DNA from: Babesia bigemina
Lineage: Eukaryota
Direction: 5' to 3'
Length of the DNA: 64,000 nucleotides
Assembly: GCF_000981445.1 (NCBI RefSeq)
Contig: NC_027216.1
Coordinates: 1,240,001-1,304,000 of the forward strand
Made by a program: the position numbers and the translations under genes. The notes beneath the pieces were generated by a model, which worked only from the letters and a program-made list of their open reading frames with translations, ran no database searches and was not told where the DNA came from. Positions within the stretch are counted from its first letter, which is position 1. Every line of letters starts with the position of its first letter. Positions 38,840 through 49,646 of this stretch are shown piece after piece.

Positions 38840-41800
38840 ATGATGAAGACGAGAAAAGGCAAAAAAGGAACAAAGCAAGCAACGCCCACCAAGCGTGCTA
38901 GAAATGTAGGCAGTGATGACGATCCCGTGGAATGTGAACAGGAATCGGTGCCACCTCAAGAGGAGGCAAAGTCTCTCTTCTTCCCGGCCACGGCGGTCAA
39001 GGAGGATGGGTCCATAAAAGAGGGCGAACATGGCATAGAAATCGTCGGCGCCGCGGCAGAATCTGGCGTATCTAAAACAGGAGAAGACAAACTTTTGTCA
39101 CACTGGTTGTTCGCTGATGAGGGAACTGCTGCCATTCCGCCCAAACGCGGTCCCTTGGGCACAGTACGTGCCGCTACTCCCCAAAACTTCAAGTTGGGGT
39201 CTTTCAATCAGCCTAAATCTGATAATGCAGCAGAACGTACTGATGAAGTTACTAACGACGTGCGTAGCGTTCCACCATCCCTTAGCGTTCCCACCACTGT
39301 CACGGAGAACAAAGTATCGTCCGGTTTCACCATGGCCTCAGGCAAACCGTGTCCCACCGTAAAACCCGAAGACATCGCAAGGATCAAAAGTTTGCTGGGA
39401 CTTGATGCCTCAGATCCGTCCGCAACGGAATCTTCCGGACCCATACAAAATGCCTCTGAGAAAACCCAGCCTGCTGACATTGCCTCGACAAACATTGCAC
39501 CGCTTAACCCAATGACAGCAATAGGTAGCAGAACGAAGATAAAACGCCCCAAAACAACTTCTATGGAGCAGACGCAGCGACCAAGTCCAGCGCCTGTTGG
39601 GGCAACACAAACGGATAAATTGAAAGAAGAGGTGAACCCGAAAGCCAATAAACCGAGCACTACAGATACATTCACTGTCTCATCATCTATTAAACGAGAC
39701 GCACCCTGCATAAATACCGATTGCAAATCCTTGCTTCCACCACGGACGAAATCGGTCAGCTTGCTCGATATGTGGTGCCGCAATTGCGTGCTCACAAACC
39801 ACGACGGTTCTAGCGTATCGCCTGCCATGCTCTCCAGGTTGTGGAACATATACGGGAATCCGCTCACAGTGACTTATTCAAACAGCGAGAAATTCACGTT
39901 CATCATGTATTCGCCGTGCGACGCTTCCATCACCGTGGGAGGTTTTAACGAAATACAGAAGTGTTTCAAGCAAATGATGGAGCAGTGTGTGGAGCCGAGC
40001 ATGGAGCGCATGCGCTTCGACGAGGAATGGTTGAGGGGGAAGTACTGTCTCTTCACAACTGCGCAATGCAGGAAGTTCCGGAAGTCCATCTGTAAACGTA
40101 TGCGGAAAAGTGGCAACTTGAAGGATACGTTGAGGAAGGTGCAGTTGCCCAACGTTTTGACCGTCCTTGCACAAATCATCAAGTCATTTAACAAAGAATA
40201 CGGCGGCAACGAGTCCATACTTATGCGTATCCTGCACGGTAGGCTGCTGTGTGGATTAATAAACTTTCGTAGGTGATGCGCCGACAAATTCTCCGGTTGT
40301 CATCCGTGTAGAGGACGTTCACGGCGACAAGGTTTATATAACTGATGGGGAATCTGTTATTGCTGCAAACGCAGCAGATTGCTACGTGAGGCAGCTTCTG
40401 AAAACGCAGCGTATACTTCCCGGCAACAAGTTGCAGCTGCACGGCATCTCGATCGGTACAGACACCTCACGAAGTGAGGGCTGTGCAGCTGTGCAGATTA
40501 ACCTCAACGCCATCAGCCCCGCGTCTAAAAAACCACTAGGACTACAAAACAGACACAGCAACGCACACGTCAGGGGTGAGTGCTAAATGAATGTGCCGTA
40601 ATGCGCAACAGAACTTAAGGCTGGTGCGGGAAGGGTGGCGCAGCTGGATCTTACCGTTTTAGGTGTAATGCCACCAGTATTCAAGGTTTTTTACAAAGAG
40701 ACGGGTAGCAATGCAACTAAAGTGGCGACTTTCAGTGAATGGGATTTCAATTCGCTGTTTGCCGATCCAGTGTACAAGCCACCGGTGACGATCGAAAGTG
40801 TCTATGTACACCACACCTTAGCGGTTATTGACACAATTATTCTCCTTCGAATAAAGGACTACCAGCAGGATCCCCAAAGGTTCGAAAAGGCGCTTGTTAA
40901 GTCATGCGCTTTGCTTACGCTGAGAAACGTAGGTCACGTCGTGGTCGTTGCTATAATCATTGCAGATCGATGAGACTATCATGGGCATGATAAAACCAAC
41001 TACAAGGCTGATCGTCAGCAGCCTAACTGTTAAAAACAGTGGAGAGTCGAGGAGATACAATACGTTAACGGAATCCAGCGCACATATCGGCAACTACCTT
41101 TGCTTCGAGACCAGCACGCAGAGCCGTTTGGATATCAAGGAGCGCGACACACCGCTTCAGCAAATACGCAAGACGGTGGCTGAGTTTCAAAAGGGGATTA
41201 AAAATGGTGCTGCGAACGGCGCAGACAGTGACGCTGCCAAGGGGGGGGCAAAGTCGATTTTTCATACCCTCATTTTAGGGGAGCCCGCACTGTCGATAAG
41301 CGTGCACAGCGAGCAAGAATTCTTCGACATACTGCAACAGGGCGGCAATCAGAGCGCATATGAGAGCGGTGAGCTTTTTATAGACCAGGTGTGCAGCCTG
41401 ACAGGGCTAGTAATCGAGGCGGGAGAAATTGTAAACATGGGAAGAGACACACGGGCGTTCAGATTCTTTGTTCTGACGACGCGATTCCAACTCGCTGTCA
41501 TCAAAGTTTCGGAGCGAGCGGTGCTGCTGCCGACCCACAGCGGCACCCACGAAAATGCATGTGGCAAACTGGAGCGGATACGTCGTCGTTTGTTGGCGCA
41601 AAGAATCACTGTTGCGAGAGCACCCGAGAAGCCAACACGAAAGAAAGAGGCGCTGTTAATCGCGTGCCTGCATCTGCAGTATGCTGGGTATGACGAGGCA
41701 CACAATGTGTACAACTTCAATACCACCAGCAGTAGGGTGAGTTGCAAAACGAATTCTTGTACACATTTGACAGATTACCATACACGACTGCGCCATATTG

Positions 41801-42025
41801 CAGCAGCTTCAGACTAGGCTGCACAATGGCCTAGTTTTTGCCGAGGGAACCGGTTTCGCGCTCAGCGGTAACGCCCTGAGAGCGGCAGGAGACACACAGT
41901 TGGACAGGCACTGCCGGCTGTTCGCCAAATCCATCGCGCAAACTAAACTCAAGGTGTGCCATCTGCTACACACTAGCGTCGAAGACGTGAAAGTGTGTGA
42001 AGAAATGGCTGCATACGGCCGCTGA
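38840..42025 (+). CDS. BRCA2: BRCA2-like recombination mediator, multi-exon
   Basis: BRC repeat GFTMASGKPCPTVKPEDIARIKSLL. Helical/OB1 motifs EEWLRGKY, VLAQIIKSFNKE...SILMRILH|GD, YITDG, ILPGNKLQLHG, INLNAISPA, GRVAQLDLTVLGVMP. Confidence 0.8.
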
Positions 42026-42125
42026 GGTGTTGCCCCAAGGCAGCGGTTTGCCCCCATGGAGCGAACCGTAAACGGTCGTCTGGTTGTGTCGGCTAGTTGC
42101 ACAATACTAACGAACGTCACAAATA

Positions 42126-42551
42126 ATGCATCGCAGTCTCTTTTCCATTTTTCTGCTGCTGCCGTTGCTGTGCTCTGCCGCAAAGGAAAAGGTGCTGCCT
42201 GAGCGTCAGGATTCGAAGACGAACGACTACCTTACGACTGCTTTCGAGCTGTTCACAAAATTATCAGAGGGCAGCAAAAAAGGTGGCGCTGCAATAGCCG
42301 CTAAAGTTGTGTCAGATAACGTTGACAAGAGGGAGGAATTCTTTCAAGCTGCTTACGCGACTCTCGACCGTTCTCCCTTCTCCGGAGTGCTCCCACGCTG
42401 CCTATGTAAGGTTGCCAGTTGCGCGCTTGCCCCGTGTTATTCGATGTGTACACGCCGCGAGGCGGTAAACTCGGATATCTTCGACTGCTCCAGCTGTATC
42501 GGGGATTGCATACCTATGTTTATGCGCTGCATAGTAGGCATCGATGGATAA
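42126..42551 (+). CDS. Small secreted Cys-rich protein P1 (141 aa, intronless)
   Basis: Signal peptide; C-x6-C-x4-C-x3-C ... CSSCIGDCIPMFMRC. Confidence 0.8.
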   Translation: MHRSLFSIFLLLPLLCSAAKEKVLPERQDSKTNDYLTTAFELFTKLSEGSKKGGAAIAAKVVSDNVDKREEFFQAAYATLDRSPFSGVLPRCLCKVASCALAPCYSMCTRREAVNSDIFDCSSCIGDCIPMFMRCIVGIDG

Positions 42552-43041
42552 GCTGAAGTTCATATTCTTGGCGCTGTTTGCCCTGCTACAGCCTGCTGCA
42601 AGCATTGCGAACATCCGTTCCCTCCTCGAGGAGATGCGTACCAAGGAGGCATCGATAATCGCAGACTCCATAGATGTGCTTCAGGAAGAGTACGACTACA
42701 GCGAGGATGTGATAAAAAAAGCTTTTGAACGCTGTAGAGAGGAGAGCGGCGTGTCGCTAGTGCCGTGCTTCATCGACTCTCTTCACGTGCAAAAGCTGCT
42801 GCATGATCACAAGTATCATCTTTGCGCGTTCTACTATGTTTTGTCAGTGGCAGCAGACTGTGCTGCCGATTGTTTTGATCACTACAACGTCAACTGTTTA
42901 ACAGTAAGTCTTGCAATTGTATAGTTAACGCAAATGCAGTGCGTTGGAAAACCCATGCCAAGTTTCATCAACTGCCTGAAGAAAGGTCCACACCAATACT
43001 CTTCGTACAACAACGAAAGTGAGTCTTCGAATGACGAGTAA
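42544..43041 (+). CDS. Small secreted Cys-rich protein P2 (153 aa, 2 exons)
   Basis: Signal peptide; intron 42904-42939 gives NCLT|CVGKPMPSFINCLKK...DE*. Confidence 0.8.
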
Positions 43042-43572
43042 ATAAGGCGGGCAACGTGGTCAATGTCCTATGAAAAGTGCTGCCGGGGCGTGAAACGGTA
43101 AGGTGTAGTAGCAGGATGTGAAGGAAATTCTAACGCAAGCGCCTCCTTTTGTAAGGCTCTGGCACACATTTTGCAATGCGTGGTAGTCCGGGAATCACGA
43201 AAGAGAGTGAGCGTGTATTACTTACAAAAAGCACAGCCAACCTGGCGCCAACCACAAATTTTAAAACTCACACTACGATTTCATGTGATCTGTGATGGCG
43301 CTAATTGCTTATTTTGTAGTCTGTGGGCCCACTTGCGGTTCGTGAATGTCGTACAATGGGCGCAATGTGTACACACCTCGCCTGGCAGTTACCCCTTTTT
43401 GTTGCTGTTGAAGACCAAAACTACGTCAATTCGGCTGTATTCATTTCCGCAATAGATTCTGTGGATTCGTTGACGCGAATGCCCCCGTAGGTCGACGCAC
43501 CCCCTATCAAGTGAAAGAAGGCTGCAGTATATGCTCCATGTACTTCAATGTAATCTTCCAACATGTAAAAAA

Positions 43573-44266
43573 ATGAAGTTCGCAACAACAATCGTTGTAG
43601 CGTTGATATCACTGTTAGTCTCCTACTCCGGTGCCGGCGATGTGGAAGGCATACCAGCGATAGCGGAAAACGCCGTCGGCGCTACAGCATCGATAAATGA
43701 AAGTTCGAATGAAGCTTCAGATGTAGAAGAAGACCCGGAAGAAGAAGAAAATGAAGAGGTAGTAGAGGATGAAGATGAATCGGACGATGCGGAGGAGGAA
43801 GAGGATGAGGCCGAGGATAGCCCGGAAGTCGCAAGGCGCAAACGCATAGCAGGGACGCTGGAATTCTGCTTGAAGGATGGTGATATGACGCCAGTCGAGC
43901 TGATAAACTGCGCTAGTGATATTTTGCTTAGTGGAAATATGAGCCCGCCTCCAGCGTTCAGTAAGTGTGTAGGAGAATACGTCATCTGCACCGGCGTCAA
44001 GTGTGCCTCGGAATTGTCAAAAACTGAGTACCGCGGCAAGCATTACTCTAAAGTGTACGAGGTAAGCTGCTAATGTGTCGTGTTTGTAACGCCTAGTGGC
44101 GTATGCCGTGAAATGTTGGAGGCGACTTCAACAACGCTCACACATCGAACAATCGCAGCCGTTAATACTTGTGCAGTGTGTCGGAGCATGTATCCCGCAA
44201 CTCATAAGATGTCTCTCAAGGAGTACGTCACTGCCTCCACGAGAGGAGATTGGAAACAGTATTTAG
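43573..44266 (+). CDS. Small secreted Cys-rich protein P3 with acidic tract (192 aa, 2 exons)
   Basis: Signal peptide and E/D tract; intron 44062-44176 gives VYE|CVGACIPQLIRCLS...NSI*. Confidence 0.75.
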
Positions 44267-44366
44267 TACCATATGATGCTAAGCGTCGTGCGCTCGCACA
44301 TGACGTGACCCGCCGCACGCACGCTGGGCCGTAGTTCAGCACGCGGCCCCAACACAGCAATAAATA

Positions 44367-44862
44367 ATGGTGTACATATGGCTATTAGGGTTGGCCTTGT
44401 TGACGTGTGCAGGGGCCGTAGAACCGGACCCCGGCCCGGATGCGCTGGTAGAGTTGCTCGACAAGCCAACCGCCAATAAAGACCTCATATTGACAATAAT
44501 TGAATGCTTGGAAGGTCCTCCGGGGAAGATTACGATAGTCGCGTTCGTCAGATGCGTCAACAACAGGTTACACATACATCATAGAACGAGGCTTGACTCC
44601 ATCGGATTCATCCTGGGCAACTTCCTGACCAAGGCGATGTTTAAGTTCTCTCTCATGGAAGAAGAAGACATAATCGAACGAACGGCTGTAAGTGTGAAAG
44701 ACAAAATTTTAAAATGAGTAGGCGTTCGGCGATTGTTTTCCCATGTTGCTGCGCAACCTGGTCAGTATGCACGAATTCAGCTTCTCTTGCAAGAAGCGAG
44801 TTTTCATCGAAGGTTACGATGACCCCGACGATGACGAATTCGATGACGACGAAGATGAATGA
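44367..44862 (+). CDS. Small secreted protein P4 (153 aa, 2 exons)
   Basis: Signal peptide; intron 44688-44721 gives RTA|AFGDCFPMLLRNLVS...DDDEDE*. Confidence 0.75.
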
Positions 44863-45977
44863 TCGCAAAGTGCCTTTGTAGAGGCACTTGCCCCAGTTGA
44901 CACTGTTACCACGGCTGGCGCAATCGAGGCTGCAAAATCAAAGCTCGTAGTTGCGACGTTTCCGAACAGCCGTAATGAAGCCCTCTGCTGGCACGGTTTT
45001 TGCGTCACCCGAGCAGAACCAGGCTTTGTTTACCGTGCCGGGGAGATTTTCGATGCTGTCGCCGGTGAAGCGGGTCGTATCACAACCTACCCTTCTAATG
45101 TAGCCATCTGCAAAGACATTAAATTCATATGCACACGAACGCACCGTAAAGTAGTCGCAGTCTGTGCGTCCACACTCGCCTGAGATAAAATGTCGTAGGC
45201 ACGCAGGCAAACGAACGAGCGGCGGTGGTGGAAGAGAGCACCGGTACTAGTTCTCCCAAAAGTTGGTCTCGTTCGCACACGCCTGATTATCATATAAAGC
45301 AATGCTTCCTGGATGTACCCTGTTGGTTGAGCATCACGTCGAAGTCCTTGGCGATACTGGAGAAGACTGAACAACGTGTTGACTTTGGATGCCAGACAAA
45401 CTTTGGTGACCCTTTATCGAGACCTGCACATTTGGTCAAAGCAAAACACGTAGGCACAGTACCCTAGCATTCTTCACAGATCGAGCGTTCAGAAGATTGC
45501 ACGAAGCGCAGAGACGGGACATGCCTGGAGCCTCCGAGTGTGCGTCAACCTCTTCAACAACGACAACGCAGCAATTGATGTCGTGTGCGCATCTGCACGT
45601 ATCAGCGTCAACGAAGGTGTATTGGATCCCTACTCAAGTAACGCGTCGTTATACGGCATCATACGACCCAGATCCTCAGAACAGTCTACGGAGCTGCAAC
45701 GCTTTGTAACATACGCAATACGGCTTACACATTGTTGATGTGCAAAAAGACACTGTTAATAGCACTTCCAATAGGCACGCCTGATACACATTGTCCTAAG
45801 ATAATGCCCAAAGCGGCAATAAAGCCGCAAAGACGGGAGTCGACCATTGCTTATGCGCCAAGAAAGGTTCGACACAAGGTAAAAAGGCGCAAGTTTCGTT
45901 GCCGAAAACTTAAGCAAATGCAACCAAAAGATTATTTGGTAGATAACCGTCCTGTGTACGCCCCTGTTGAGCTTTAA
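44863..45977 (+). CDS. Probable multi-exon coding region with no in-frame ATG of its own
   Basis: 106 open codons directly after the P4 stop, joinable by 35-44 nt GT-AG introns to the ORFs at 45225, 45538 and 45732. Confidence 0.35.
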
Positions 45978-46125
45978 AGAGTGGCAATTTACGGGTGGTC
46001 GTGGGGATTCTACACACGCAACATCAAGACTCCCATAGGCCGTCGCAACACACTGTGTAAGCGACCATGGCTTGAAAATTGCAATTATACTCAACAGGAA
46101 TGTTGCCAATGCCTATTATGGTGAA

Positions 46126-46638
46126 ATGTGCCAGGCGATGGATCAGTTGCCGAAGCAGAAGGATGTGACCCCTGCTAAAGGCAGGGATAGGTGCGAAGCT
46201 GCTAAGGCAGCTTTTGCGAAAAATGTGCACGTTAAACGTGTTAGTTATCTGTTGAATGCAGCGGTAAATATGGCCAATGATTACCCTAACATAAGCCGCG
46301 CTTACATCCGTGAGCTTAGGGAAATCGCAAATAAACATGTAATAAGACTTGACCCTTCCTTCAAGCTGAACTTCTGCAAGGGATGTAACACTGTCACACT
46401 GCCTGGAATAAATGCAGTTTACACGGCGGAGTGCCATCAAGAATGGCACAGGAACGTGCCGGGAAACCAAGGTGTACGTGACGCCACTTCCTGCGCACCT
46501 GAGATGCCAGGGCACTACGACAAACCTCCTGATGACAACCAGTTCGATGAGTTGTCGTATGATTGGCTGGCGGTGACCTGCTGCGTATGCACTCGTACCC
46601 GGAGGACGAAGCTGAAACACCCTGAAGTAAACGACTGA
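46126..46638 (+). CDS. RPR2: RNase P subunit Rpr2/Rpp21
   Basis: RVSYLLNAA, SRAYIREL..IANKHVIRLDPSFK..FCKGC...PG, TCCVC. Confidence 0.9.
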   Translation: MCQAMDQLPKQKDVTPAKGRDRCEAAKAAFAKNVHVKRVSYLLNAAVNMANDYPNISRAYIRELREIANKHVIRLDPSFKLNFCKGCNTVTLPGINAVYTAECHQEWHRNVPGNQGVRDATSCAPEMPGHYDKPPDDNQFDELSYDWLAVTCCVCTRTRRTKLKHPEVND

Positions 46639-47283
46639 AATGTCTGGACACGAAGAGCATCGAATGAGCCTTAATGGACTAACTACGCATACATGCATGA
46701 TGTAAGCCTCATGTAAACGATGTGCAATGTGTCGCCCGTGCGATACTGCATGTTGAACTCATTGTAATTCTAGAGTTCATACATTGTTGTCCGCAAATAT
46801 TCACCAAGGAATGTATTAGAACGCACGTAATGGGCGGCCTTGCTCCCTGACGTATGAACCTTAATATTTCGTTTTTTAAAGTAAAAGTTAGTTTTAGAGC
46901 ATAATAAGGAGCTGAGGCACATACCTGGAGCAGAAGGAACTGCGAGCTATTTTCACGTTGGAGAGTGCCATATGAAAACCTATAGTCTACACGTCTCTAT
47001 ACCGACGGATACACGTTTCAAACTGCGAATAACGAGTATCGGTCACTACGGAGATAACCTTCGAGTATTGAACTATATTGCGCTGTCAGAAAAGGTATGC
47101 CATGACGTTGCATCCTCGCTGATGACTCGATTGGGACTTTACTTATAAAAGGCAGGATTTTTTATGGACTCCAAGGCTTCTCTAAGTAAGACAAAAAAGA
47201 AAAGAGTTGTATAACCGCCAAAACTCATCTTGACGCAGACACTACCTAGCTCAACCATTTTAAGCAGTCAATTTTGGATAAAA

Positions 47284-49389
47284 ATGGACGATGTACGAAT
47301 GCGTATGGAGGTTGCCAGTGATGAACGCAGACCATTCGCTGATATTGCGACTCTAGATAACATTGGGGATATCCAACGACAGGGGGATGATGCTTTACTT
47401 TATGTCTCAAAAAACAATCCCCAGAGTTTGTTAAACATCGTTGAAAGCATTAAAGATGAGTCCTTCAAAGTGGAGGCGTATGATTATATTGATTCCCTTG
47501 AAAATAGCGCACCCGCCTTGCCGTGTGAACAACTCCAGTCGTTACCCAAAAAATTAGATGAGGCGACATGTATGGAAAATCGACATGGAACTACGCGAGC
47601 GATAGCCAACTCATCGAATGGAGTCAGCACCCCGGCACAAATTACTGACCGGAGCATAGCGCTTGATGGAAATACGGAATTACTCTCTTTGGATGCAACG
47701 CGCAAGACCCACCGCGTGATACCCACACCGCATCAAAGCTATATGGAGGCAAATGAACATGAAGCGATGGATATTTATAAGTCCAGCTTAGCAATACCAA
47801 AAGTTGCACCTACACCGCCTTGTAGCATAGCATCTAATGGGAATGCGTCGTCTTCCGTCGGAAACCGGAGTGCAATGGGAGAAAGTATCGATGCGTGTGG
47901 CAGATTGCCGCAACATTCAAGCCGGAACCAGAGCATTGATCCACCATGGTCTGAGCCCTTTTTTATAGCACAGCCATTTGGTACCGACGCTGGACTTGCC
48001 GAGAGCTCGAATTGCGAAGCCACAATATTGAAGCAAATGTTAGATGGCGTTGTGGAAGAGTTTGACATATCTGCGCAATTTGAAGGATTTGAGGACGCTG
48101 AGATTTTGGTAGACTGTGAAAATACTCCCCAGCAATGTCAAATCAGAATGACATGCATTTGCAGTTCCTCTGAATCTTATGACGATGATGAGTCTCCCCA
48201 CGACCGTACGACAGTTAAAAAGAAAAATCCGACAAAGGACGGCTGCAAACACGTGCCTGAGGCTACCGAATACGATGCAGAAAAAAACAGATCAAAGGAG
48301 AGATGTACTGGCACTGGCGCCACTAAGGTCTGCAAGCAGTGCAGTGGTTTTGACGAGGCGCCAGACTGTGAAAGTCTCACAAATAAGAAACAGAATAACC
48401 ACTACGCGGGTGCTGAAATGATGTATGAGGGAGAGGCTAATGAGAATGCTGACGATCATCGGGAACCTACGCCACGTGGTGGTGATCACAATAAATGTAT
48501 GGAACGGGCCCATGAACCCCGTAGAGCTGTACATCCGCATTGTCACCATTCGTCAATACCAGATAGCGTGGAACAATGCAACTGCTTAGGGTATATGTCG
48601 TTTGGTTCACGGGAGTGCGAAAAGCCCAATAGTGCGGATTGTATCTTGGAAGCAAATGTTACGGGTGATGGTGCACGAATTGTGGCAACCGATCCTAAAA
48701 AAAATAGGTCACCGGATTTAGTCATAAGAAGGCTCAAATCCGATTGCCATGAATGCAGACCAAGAACATCGAAAGGATACTGTAACAGATGCTGTAGCCT
48801 ACAGGTCACAGCCGAAGACAGATTGGGGAGTTTCAACGAAGTGTACCCCGATTCCACACTCGTTGATAATGGATTTTGGGGACTTTCAGGAAACCAAGAG
48901 CCAGGTGGAAGCAATGCTGAGTTCTCGGTTCCAGATCTACCCATGTTCAATTTGTTTGCAACTAGCGTAAGGCAGCCGTGCGAAAATTTGGAGGCGGACA
49001 CTTCATATGGCCGGAAAAACTCTAATGTCTCACCGCATATATACGGAGAGCTACCAAGGGAACGCGTGTTATTTTACGGATACCACGGCCCCAACTGCCA
49101 GTACGTGCGCACGACGCAACATCCAAACTTCCGACATACTCAGGCCTGCACCGTGAACCCGCGGGAATTGGGGTTTGACTCTAGTGAGTCGCTAAACGCC
49201 TCCCTCAACGCGAAATGTGAGATCATTGTGCGCCCTCCCCAATGCCTGGGAGGCCCCGTCTTCTTCCGCGAGAATGTTGCTAAATCCTTTCTCTGCCAGC
49301 AGGACTACATAGCCAATACCGTTTTCCAAATTGACTGGCAGAACAATATCCACAGGAAAAAACGCAGTGCCAGCTGTTGGCAGTGTTAA
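47284..49389 (+). CDS. Hypothetical, largely low-complexity protein ending RKKRSASCWQC
   Basis: About 700 aa ORF; first ATG gives MDDVRM. Confidence 0.7.
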   Translation: MDDVRMRMEVASDERRPFADIATLDNIGDIQRQGDDALLYVSKNNPQSLLNIVESIKDESFKVEAYDYIDSLENSAPALPCEQLQSLPKKLDEATCMENRHGTTRAIANSSNGVSTPAQITDRSIALDGNTELLSLDATRKTHRVIPTPHQSYMEANEHEAMDIYKSSLAIPKVAPTPPCSIASNGNASSSVGNRSAMGESIDACGRLPQHSSRNQSIDPPWSEPFFIAQPFGTDAGLAESSNCEATILKQMLDGVVEEFDISAQFEGFEDAEILVDCENTPQQCQIRMTCICSSSESYDDDESPHDRTTVKKKNPTKDGCKHVPEATEYDAEKNRSKERCTGTGATKVCKQCSGFDEAPDCESLTNKKQNNHYAGAEMMYEGEANENADDHREPTPRGGDHNKCMERAHEPRRAVHPHCHHSSIPDSVEQCNCLGYMSFGSRECEKPNSADCILEANVTGDGARIVATDPKKNRSPDLVIRRLKSDCHECRPRTSKGYCNRCCSLQVTAEDRLGSFNEVYPDSTLVDNGFWGLSGNQEPGGSNAEFSVPDLPMFNLFATSVRQPCENLEADTSYGRKNSNVSPHIYGELPRERVLFYGYHGPNCQYVRTTQHPNFRHTQACTVNPRELGFDSSESLNASLNAKCEIIVRPPQCLGGPVFFRENVAKSFLCQQDYIANTVFQIDWQNNIHRKKRSASCWQC

Positions 49390-49646
49390 AAGACCGAGCA
49401 CATTCGAATAGGTGTGGTGTAACAAGGGCAGGTGCTGCCAAAAGCCCTTACAGACCCCGCAGACGGCCTCCGCAATCGGGATACCGCGGCAAAAGACGCC
49501 ATTAACCGCATTTTAACATTAGAAGTGTAGAATTACAAGTAATTAATTAACAGTATCAAAATAGAGGTTTTGAGAATAAGCGAATGCTATAATTGTTTAG
49601 GTATATCCGCTAATTGCCGAGCCAGAACTAGCAGTCAAACCAGATT

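Noticed and set aside
43720..43820. GAA/GAG/GAT-rich tract
   Set aside because: It encodes the acidic linker of P3 and is not an independent repeat element.
46024..46698. 224 aa minus-strand ORF
   Set aside because: Antisense to Rpr2 with no motifs.
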